Source of the DNA: Tubiluchus corallicola
Lineage: Eukaryota > Animalia > Priapulida
Assembly (NCBI GenBank): GCA_030141605.1
Contig: JAQGDQ010002373.1
Coordinates: 1-64,000 of the forward strand
Length of the DNA stretch: 64,000 nucleotides
Direction of reading: 5' to 3'
Below are positions 54,540 to 64,000 of the stretch, in pieces. The notes under the pieces were generated by a model. That model saw only the letters and a list, made by a program, of their open reading frames with translations, was not told the DNA's origin and searched no databases. Every line of letters begins with the position of its first letter. Positions within the stretch are counted from its first letter, which is position 1. The position numbers and the translations under genes are program-made.

Positions 54540-55019
54540 CTAGCTCGCTGCAAATGCCGCCATCTGACGGAAATCGACGCCCTTGTTGCGTTGCGTTTTA
54601 AATCCCTGCTTACACGACTTCTGGAGACGATCCCCGTGTCCCTTGGCTTTGTGCTCGTACAAGACGCAGACCGATCCGTCCTCGCCGATGCGATAGCTCA
54701 CCTCTCCCGGATCCACCCACAGAGTGAGTTCGTGGGGGAGGGCATGGTACAGGTAGTCGGGAGAAAGTCCACTTTCTTCACCGGCTCTGCCTATCATTGG
54801 GTCGAGTTTATGATTGATTCTCAGACACCTATAGCCGCTCCCGCGGAACGGTTTTTCGGGAAACCAGTGGTGCTTATAATGCTGACTTAGCAAGTCACGT
54901 AGAGTGGCCCCGAAAACGTCTAAAGTCACATCGTCCAAGAGCGGATTGTGCTTCCGAAGCAAATCTACAATAAACCCCACTGCACACTTCAGTTCCAGCC
55001 TCATCTTCGGTTGAAACAT
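54540..55019 (-). CDS. BTG1: BTG/Tob (APRO) family anti-proliferative protein, BTG1/2 type, 159 aa, uninterrupted ORF
   Basis: Box [23 protein letters not shown], box [21 protein letters not shown], box [10 protein letters not shown]. Probably co-orthologous to vertebrate BTG1 and BTG2; the start could be the second Met. Confidence 0.96.
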   Translation of the reverse strand: MFQPKMRLELKCAVGFIVDLLRKHNPLLDDVTLDVFGATLRDLLSQHYKHHWFPEKPFRGSGYRCLRINHKLDPMIGRAGEESGLSPDYLYHALPHELTLWVDPGEVSYRIGEDGSVCVLYEHKAKGHGDRLQKSCKQGFKTQRNKGVDFRQMAAFAAS

Positions 55020-55304
55020 GGGGACGGTTTAGAGGAACCACGTTTTAGATCACGATGAATGACTATCACAAAATCTTTGGTACGTACTGCACGAATTCGC
55101 TGTTCCTTTATGCGGCTAAATGCTGCGCGGCGTTCATACAACGATGATTTCGATTCAGAAATTCTGCCGAACACTCCTCTCTTAACAACTTGCGACTCAA
55201 ACTTGTTGGAAACAATTCTCTGTCGTTGCTCTGACTAGAGCGATTTAGAATAGACAACCTACGCCAGATCGTTCTCTGCCTTTCTGTCCCTTTGTCCTCG
55301 GTCT

Positions 55305-55445
55305 GAGGTAAACAAGTTGGCAGGACGGCCTCAATTTACGCATGACGCATGTTTACCAGAGTGTGGCAGCCAATCGGAGCAGGGCAACGCGTATTGCTGA
55401 GCCTCTTTCCATATAGGGCTGATGACGTCGAGTCACGTGACTACC
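55305..55445 (-). promoter_or_regulatory. Probable BTG proximal promoter
   Basis: About 290-420 bp upstream of the ATG: GTAAACAA 55308, TGTTTAC 55350, CCAAT 55370, CArG-like CCATATAGGG 55409, CRE-like TGACGTCG 55423, palindromic GTCACGTGAC 55432. Confidence 0.65.
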
Positions 55446-56500
55446 ATAATAATAATAAATTACATATCCGAGCTTCTGGTCTGGGTTGAGGTTGTTACAC
55501 TATGTGTGGGTAGAGTTTACAGGATGTGTTCCATTTTTTCTTGTTTTCTAACTTTTATCAATATCTTCTACGTATTCAACAGCAAAAGCGCGTCTGAGAT
55601 TGTTTCTTTAGTCCATTTTTGCGCCCTGCCAAGTAGAGTTTGAACAAGATTTCAATGCAAAATCACGCTCATTTTTGTACTCGTACTCCTTTAGATGTTA
55701 TTTTAACCTCATTTAATATGCGGGCTTGCTACATGTGCACGTACATGTAGTAGGTTACACGTACGCGCAAGATACTGTAGAATCGGATTTTAGGATCTTA
55801 AGCCAAACAAAGAACAGGCCAAAGCAGGCGACTCGCCCTTCATAAGTAAATATTGCTGCTGAGTGGGCTACGGTATTTTATCATTCTATGTTCGCTAAAA
55901 TAGTTGGCTGTTTTTGATACATCTTACTGGCTGTCAACATACATTATCGTTATATTCCCTATACAAATGTCAACAAAATCTAAAACGTGTTAAATCTCGC
56001 CAAATTTGCCATACAAAAACGAATGGATGCTTCGTAATTAAAAGCCAGCCGTTAGGCGTGAATACATGAGTATTCAATGAGTACATGTACTCAACTTTAT
56101 GTATTCACCTACACATTTTAGCCAAATTCATCCACGAGTCATTTTCGAATTTAAAATTATACTCAATGAGTACATGTACTCAACTTTATGTATTCACCTA
56201 CCCATTTTAGCCAAATTCATCGACGAGTCATTTTCGAATTTAAAATTATATAATCAATGAGTATTCAATGAGTACACGTACTCTACTCTGAGTATAATTT
56301 TAAATTCGAAAATGACTCTTCGATGAATTTGGCTAGCATGCGTAGGTCCGTTCAAAGCAATAATAATAATAGTAAACGCAATAAACTACATAAAGAAAAG
56401 CATAATGCGCTGCTTGCATTTGAATAAAACATTGTTCCAGTGAGGCATCGCAAAGAAGTAATCATATTTCGGCAATCGTGAGGTCTTTTACGTTTAACAG

Positions 56501-56646
<146 letters not shown>

Positions 56647-56686
<40 letters not shown>

Positions 56687-57024
56687 ATTGTTATATATAT
56701 ATAATCTTTATTTGCCATTAAAATACATTGATAATCACTGATAAAAATTTTACAGAGATGATTAATCAGTGTTAGTTAATAAAAACTTACACTGCTAAAG
56801 GCAAATGCATCAGTGCAATCTAATCTACTGTGCAGTAATGGAAAGTAACGACGAATAAAATCAAACATATTTACAACTGTGCACAAAAAATGAAAAAAAC
56901 ATGATTTAATTAATATGGCCGTGGATATATGAATTCTGAATTAGTGTGTATGTGGTCGTACTGGTGTGATGGTATTTCATAACTTGTTAATATTAGTGAT
57001 TTTAATTTTGTTTTAAATGCTGAT
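56647..57024 (-). mobile_element. LINE family A 3' fragment
   Basis: Same 3' UTR and (TA)n tail. Confidence 0.85.
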
Positions 57025-57843
57025 GGGGGTCAGTGCTAGTGTAAGCGTACTGAAGCGATCTTTACAAAAAAAACGGAGCTCTTGACAAAAACATATTTTT
57101 CACTCGTACGACTCTCAGTGTCGCCTCCTGTCGATGGCGCATTAAAACCTATCAGGTAAATAAAGAAGCAGACTACGATAAACAGCCAGGTAGTGCTATT
57201 GAAACTCAATTTCAAAGTACTAAAAATTCTGTTCCACGTCTTGGTGGTGTTTAAGCTTCTTCTTTGTATGTGTCGAAGAACGTGATGCGAAAAAATGGCG
57301 CTACGTGGCGCTCTTTGTGAGTAGCTATGGTAGTGGTATAGTGATAATCAATGATATTGAACCAGAGAATTTTGATATTTATGTAAAGACTTTTTAGTCT
57401 GTTTTTTCGATGATAGGAATGCTTTGAACTTTGTCCTTTGACCATTTTAATTTCTGACCTGTAATGGTCACATACCTCTCGTATTTCACATTTTTTGTCA
57501 TTTTACAATGAAACTGGAATCAGTAATTGCGTTAAATCAAACAGCGTTCTGAAATGTTATGTTGTTACAATATATCGTCGTCATAAACTTTCATAATAGC
57601 ACAGTATTATACCATGTTTTATAACAGTTTTGCAAAGAAAAAGCACTAATTTTACAAATCGTCTATATTATTGAAATCTATTATGTTTAATAGCATCCGT
57701 CTTTCACTCTAGACTTGGGGCTAGATTTTTTGGACTTTTTATTTTCCGTTGTCTTAATTTTTTATTTTAGCTAACGTTGTAAATAATATATTATAGATTT
57801 TTTTCATTCCTAACTTAATTTTATTTTCCTATAATTTCAGATT

Positions 57844-58018
57844 AATTTGTATTCGTCTTTTAATCGTTTGTAATTTGTATTCGTCTTTTAATCGTTTGTA
57901 ATTTGTATTCGTCTTTTAATCGTTTGTAATTTGTATTCGTCTTTTAATCGTTTGTAATTTGTATTCGTCTTTTAATCGTTTGTAATTTGTATTCGACTTT
58001 TAATCTTTTGTAATTTGT
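57844..58018. repeat. 28-bp minisatellite, about 6 units
   Basis: Unit AATTTGTATTCGTCTTTTAATCGTTTGT. Confidence 0.9.
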
Positions 58019-58040
58019 ACATTTTGCAAATTCTCGTCCA

Positions 58041-58640
58041 TTTCAAAGCTTCAACAACTAACCTGAGAAAAACTTTAAAATTCCCAATCATTGAAGCACA
58101 CAAAGAATATTTTACTCTGCTTTTTATATTTAAATACATTAATAACATCAGCAAAGCATTCCAGAATAACAGATTTACCTTTTTTCCAAATCCTATCGTT
58201 AATTCCAGAACAAGTAATCTAAAACAAATTAGGACAAATACCCACTATGGAACGAACTCTGTAATCAAACAAGCAATTCTACTTTGGAATTCTCTACCAT
58301 TACAGGTTAAACAAATCAAGACCCTATCAGCATTTAAAACAAAATTAAAATCACTAATATTAACAAGTTATAAAATACCATCACACCTGTACGACAATAT
58401 ACACACTAATTCAGAATTTGTATACACACGGCCATATTAATTAAATCATAGTTTTTTCATTTTTTTGTGCATAGTTGTAAATATGTTTGATTTTATTCGT
58501 CGTTACTTTCCATTACTGCACAGTAGTTTAGATTGCACTGACAAGTTTTTATTAACTAACACTGATTGATCATCTCTGTAAAGTTTTTATCAATGTATTT
58601 TAATGGCAAATAAAGATTATTTTATATATATATATATATA
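58041..58640 (+). mobile_element. LINE family A 3' fragment
   Basis: ORF 58015-58440 matches the C-terminus of ORF 40574-41404; 3' UTR and (TA)n tail. Confidence 0.88.
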
Positions 58641-59139
58641 AATGTAAAATCAATTATAAGGGGTTATATATATATATTTACCCGTATTCACTGCTTTATT
58701 TTGTCAATAATTATAAACTCAAAATTTGAAGCAAAGAAGTAAATAAATAAAAAATATTATTTTGACATCAGAAATGGCACAACGTTCGGTTTACGAGCAA
58801 TTAATTATATAAGATCTAAAGTTATAAATGTTTCCATAATGCATCAGTTATTATATGTACAAAAACTATATAATGTATTAATCGAGGTACTTTTTTATAA
58901 TTACGCGATACTGGATACATGAGCGGCTCAACTCTTGTGGTACGGATACATTACTAAAAGACAATTAATTATTCTCAACGTCTAAATTATTATCAGTGGT
59001 AGGTCAAGACCATAACTTGAAAGGCAGGAAATGTGAAAACCTTGGGATAGTGCCTGGATTTGTCATTTGGGATTTATACGATCACCACCGAATAGTAAAA
59101 CAACGTTGTGCCACTTTGCAAATCAACACTTTTGCAAGT

Positions 59140-59336
59140 TACTACTACGAACGTGCTCTAGCAGCATATAATCGCTCTGCGTCATCAACGGTCAAAATAA
59201 ACACTACTACGAACGTGCTCTAACAGTATATAATCGCTCTGCGTCATCTAACGGTCAAAATAAACACTACTACGAACCTGCTATAGCAGCATATAATCGC
59301 TCTGCGTCATCTAACGGTCAAAATAAACACTACTAC
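59140..59336. repeat. About 65-bp tandem triplication
   Basis: ACTACTACGAAC...ATAATCGCTCTGCGTCATC..ACGGTCAAAATAAAC x3. Confidence 0.85.
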
Positions 59337-59544
59337 ATTTAAGCAGTCTGCTTTATAGGAGTCTCATGAAAATTATCTCAAATTTTTAAACACTGAGATT
59401 GATATTAGAGTATTTTTTTCTAAACACGAAAGCGTTAAATTTGTAACTTTTAAAAACATTTTCGTGTCAAAAAATTAATTGCTGGAACAATGTCAGCTGT
59501 AGTCATCAACTGAAAACAGCTACATTCAGGCATAAAGTACTTAA

Positions 59545-59952
59545 CCCTTTCAGTCCCAAATTATTTTTAATAAGAAAAAAATTTTTGGCTTGGTACTTTT
59601 GTTCAGTATGTCCATCTTGTTTACACATAATAATTATTTTTTTCTACCTGTGCCCGCGTGCTAAATATAGCCTGTATCCCACGGGATACATTGGGATTCA
59701 ATGGAAGCATAAAATGTGTTTCATTTTGCAACTGCTGATAATTTTTTAAAGTATTTAAGACATTTACTATGCATGCTATGCTGATCTGTACAAAGTCGTC
59801 TCTAAAGTACTGTACCTTGCGCAGTTTTTTATGCTATGTAGATTTTCTAGTTTGCCATTTTATCACCATTTTAGTCTATTGTTATTGGCTTAAATCAAAG
59901 TAACTATTAACAGACCAAATAACTATCAGTTTTAAAATTTTATTAATTTTCT
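59545..59952 (-). mobile_element. piggyBac-type MITE, one end truncated
   Basis: TTAA|CCCTTTCAGTCCC start; reverse complement of the same family. Confidence 0.85.
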
Positions 59953-59959
59953 ATAAATT

Positions 59960-60070
59960 AATCCGGGTCTTAATCCTCTCGATTATGGGTTTCCTGTGGG
60001 AGTTCCTTTAAAGAGGAAGTGTATTACAATGGCCATGCAAGCCGCTTGATGCAAAGAAACTAAAGAACAT
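59960..60070 (+). pseudogene. Tc1/mariner transposase remnant
   Basis: Frameshifted PGLNPLDY..FLWEFLK.EVY resembles the SPDLNPLD..LW..LK..VY catalytic-region motif. Confidence 0.5.
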
Positions 60071-60084
60071 AAAATGGTTGATAA

Positions 60085-61330
60085 AAAGAAGCGAGAAACT
60101 GTATTGGAAGAAATGCCATCATTTAGTTTGCAGTGAAAAATAATAATTTTTCCTAATTTGACCTAAAAATAAACCTGCAAACTATAGGCCAGTTGCAATT
60201 ACCAGTACTGTTGGCAAACTGCTTGAGAGCCATGTCGTTTCAATGTAATACTTGTCTATCTGAAATCTAACAATTATTTGAAAAGATCTCAACAAAGGTT
60301 TCTCAAGAAATGGTCAGTGACAAGTAATTTACTAGAGTTTTTCGAATATGTATTTTCCACATTGGATCACCGTAGCTCTTTTGTTTTAGTATAGCTAGAC
60401 TTAGCAAAAACATTTGACAAAGTCCAACATAGAAGGTTACTGCTTACACTTGAGGCTTGTGGTGTTCAAGGGCAACTGCCTAACAGGATAAAAGCACGGC
60501 TAAGTGACAGATTTCCAATATGCCGAAGTTGAGGGTTGTGCCTCATCTACTGTCCCAGTTCTGTCAGGAGTGCCACAAGGAAGCGTCCTCCGACCCCTTT
60601 TATTTCTCATCTTTATAGATGATGTAAATGATAATGCAGTTAGTTGGCTACTCAAGTTTGCTGACGATACCAAATTAGCATATCCAATATGTTCTTCTAT
60701 GCAAGTGAGACAGCTTCAAGAAGACTTGCACCAAATCTGTGCATGGTCTGATAAATGGCAGATTGAATTCAATACACTTGATGGTAAATGCAAGGTGCAT
60801 CATATGGGTAATCAGACCAATCCAACCACATACAGCTTTGGTGATGTCAATTTGCCTGTAGTCACTGAGGAGGTAGATCTTCGACTGTTAGTAGATAGCA
60901 AACTAAATTTTCACAGGCATGTGTCTAAGAAAATTAGTAAGAGTAACAGAATCCTTGAATTAACTTGTAGAACCATAACTTCCAGAAGAGCTGAGATAAT
61001 TCTCCCACTACACAAATCTCTTGTTCATCCTCATCTTGAATACCTCAGTCAGGTATGGGACATTTATTATGTCAAGGACATCCGTACTCTCGAGCAGGTG
61101 CAAGCATGAACTGTGGACATACTCGCAAAAACTGCAACAATTAGACCTGTATCGATTTTCTGCAAGAAGACGTGGGGGGGGGAGACTTATTGAAGTGTTC
61201 AAGATTCTTAAGGGACTTACTGTCAGCAATGCAAACCAGTTTTTTACACTCAATAGAAGCATTACATGTGGTCATAGTGCTAAATTGTAAAAGCATAGAA
61301 ACATTACTGAAAAGTATCCGCATGTTTTTC
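60085..61330 (+). mobile_element. Degenerate CR1-clade LINE reverse transcriptase
   Basis: NYRPVAITS, LDLAKTFDKV, SGVPQGSVL.PLLF, KFADDTKL and HPHLEY motifs, with frameshifts and stops. Confidence 0.9.
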
Positions 61331-61556
61331 ACAAGCCGAAGTGAAACGAGGAACTCGTTAATTGATTCAGAATTCCGTGCAAGAAACCTCCTATTGTAAT
61401 ATCGGTTTGGTATATTATTAGGAGGAGAGTAAACCAACAACGAATAAGTGGACAAGGGGTGTTTTTTGGCTAGCTACTCAGTGGATGAGAGATTGGTGCA
61501 AGAGATGGAAATCAGGGTTTACTCACCACGAAGGTGAGTATATCCGTGTTAACCGG

Positions 61557-61952
61557 TAGGGGTGAGCATCGAATGTTGGAGTTCGAAGGTTCGAATCGAA
61601 TTCGAACGAGATTTTTTAGTTCAAACTCGATTCGAATCCAAAACTATAGATTCAAATAATTCAGCATTTCAGTCACATACGTTCTTTATCATTAAACCGA
61701 TTGAAACATCATGCAATTAGCATAATTCAGCTGTGATTTCTGTGCACAATTTTATACCAATTACTAGTCGTTTTATTGCAGAAGAAAATCTAGTGATATG
61801 CATGATCTTTGTAAGACTAATTTTTACTGCTGGTTCGAAAACTTGTTCGAAAATCTATCAATCTCATTTCGAATTCGGTTCGATTAGAATTCGAAAGTTC
61901 ACAAATTCGGTTCGATTCGAATTCGCTTTCTGGTAGAGAATGCTCACCCCAA
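61557..61952. mobile_element. hAT-type MITE with TTCGAA-rich subterminal repeats
   Basis: TIR TAGGGGTGAGCAT ... ATGCTCACCCCAA; 8-bp TSD TTAACCGG. Confidence 0.88.
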
Positions 61953-64000
61953 TTAACCGGAAATTTTTTTGTGATGAATGTCAAAGTATCCATGGTCAGA
62001 CATAATATCTATGAGCTGCGTTACAAAAAAATCGGTGCATGTGTCTTGAATTTCGCGACGAAAGTTAAAAATATTACAGTGAACGGAGTGACGTGACTGA
62101 ACTAGTCAACTTCTTGCATTTGAGCCAAAGAAACGTTATTTCACGTTCGCGAAGTGAAAGCGATGAGTTGCGTAATCTGAATCCTTGTTTTATTACATCG
62201 CTCTATGCATTGTCTAAATTTTGAGAAAAACTGACTGAAATGTTACCCGATAATAATTATAGTATAGGGAATTTTTAAAAGCCAAGCATCCAGTGTTTAA
62301 CTTAAGAACAACATTGCATCATACTTTATTATAGCCAAAAAAGGCATTGGCTGCTTGGTAGGAATGAGTGGATATCTCAGTTTTGTGAAATTTGCAGTTA
62401 TTGAATGCACAAATTTACTACGCATTGATATAAAAGATTTCACACAAGTTCACTAATGCCTAATGAATGATATCTATAGCTTCAGTCATTGATGTTATTA
62501 TTACAACATTTCAGTTTTGTTTTTTCTTATTTGCTTCTGTTTTCTTTGTTTTGTTTTGTATGATTTATATTTACCTTATTTTTCCTTAGTGTAATTTATT
62601 ATACTCTTTATGAACATCTTTGGTTGACCATTCTACTTTTTTATGTCAGATTTTTTTTAGTTAATGCTCACATTATCCATTTTCTGTTATGTTAAAAATC
62701 TTAAGTTGCTTTTATTTTGTTTGCATCGCATGTTCACAGTATTTTAGAATTGTAAATTTTTGGTTATTTAAATTATAATGTTCTACAATATTGCGTTTCT
62801 CATCAGTTAATTGCCAATTACACACGTCAACAGAATTCAAATTTAAATTGAAAACGGTGCCAAAATTAATTTTACTTAATCGTTGCTATTTAAGGGTGGC
62901 TGACTAGATAACCTACGTGTTCTTCGCTGCCCTTCTCCTTTGTTACATAATATTGCATGCATTCCTAATACTGTATTTTCTTAATTCTTGATGAGTTAAT
63001 AAATAAATTGAATCGAATTGAAATTATAGTAGGTTGTGATGTCTTCCAACCGAGGTGAACTACAAAAACGCAGACAAGGAAAGCCATTAAGCAGGCTTCG
63101 ATTGAGAAGGGGGCAATGTAACGTCAGTCGGCTCAAGCCTTGTTTGCAGTTCGATGAAAGCGATCTGAACCAAGATCAGTTTTTGTCGTGCACTCCATAT
63201 GATGAAGGAAACTTATCATCGTCCATCTGTACTAGTCCTGGTATAAAATCTCATTTTAAATTTTGGTTTATGTAAAATTAACATTTTGTTTAATGGAATG
63301 ATGTAGTTTAATGTAGAAGAAAATGTAAATTATGGATTTGTAATTGAGAACTAGTGTGTTGGGAGCCAAGTAAACCACTAGCCCAAGTAGGACAATTGGT
63401 GTATATGGGCCAGCCCAAGTAGAACGCGGCGTATATGGACTATGCCAAGTAGGACGCGTCGTACATGGGCTAGCCCAAGTAGGACACTAGAGACAGGTCG
63501 CGAATTGAGTTGTTAAGCGTACCGGCACCGTCCGTTGTCCTTGTTTACGTAATAATAATAATTAAAAACGTCAATACACGTTGAATAATTTATTATACAT
63601 CTGATAAAATAAAAGAATTTTATTTTGAGTTAGTAAAATTTCCAATATTAAATTTGGCTTCGATATTAATCTTTTTGAAGCGAAATAAGCCCGTTCTTAG
63701 GCGATTCGTTACCGATTCGATTCCAACATTTGCTTAAGGTATATCATTTTTTATTTTGTCTCGCTTCGCAGACGACAGGTGATCCGCTTCACTACCTCTT
63801 GGACAAATAATTGTTTTCTACTAAGTAAACGGGCTAGCGAGTTATGTGCCCTACATAGTTTCTCTCTTTAAAGCACTAGATACCTAGTTGAATGTTAAGA
63901 TGATATTAATGGAGCTAATAATAATGATGATATTACTGTAAAAAACATTGTAAATTGTCAAGGAGTATCCATCATTATTATAAAGTTACTTTTTTCTAAA

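Noticed and set aside
54522-54890. Antisense 122-aa ORF overlapping BTG
   Set aside because: Shadow of the GC-rich coding strand; no recognisable motif.

Overview
AT-rich, repeat-dense animal (invertebrate, probably bilaterian) nuclear DNA. Two protein-coding genes are supportable, in convergent orientation. The first is the last seven coding exons of a CFAP92/KIAA1257-like ciliary gene on + (5162-17769; splice sites and reading phases are all consistent). The second is a complete gene for a BTG1/2-type anti-proliferative protein on - (54540-55019, uninterrupted ORF) with a motif-dense promoter. Almost everything else is mobile or repetitive DNA: a 5S rRNA-headed SINE family with a probable RTE-derived body, tRNA-headed Meta-domain SINEs, several CR1/L2(Crack)-group and RTE LINE fragments, hAT, piggyBac, Kolobok and pogo-type MITEs with readable target-site duplications, minisatellites (24, 28, 37, 52, 92 bp) and microsatellites. 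Most ORFs in the supplied track are repeat artefacts. I see no new protein-coding system. The best leads are retroelement biology (the 5S-headed SINE, a LINE carrying a copy of another insertion's flank, conserved 3' hairpins) and candidate regulatory modules. All family assignments come from recalled motifs, not database searches.
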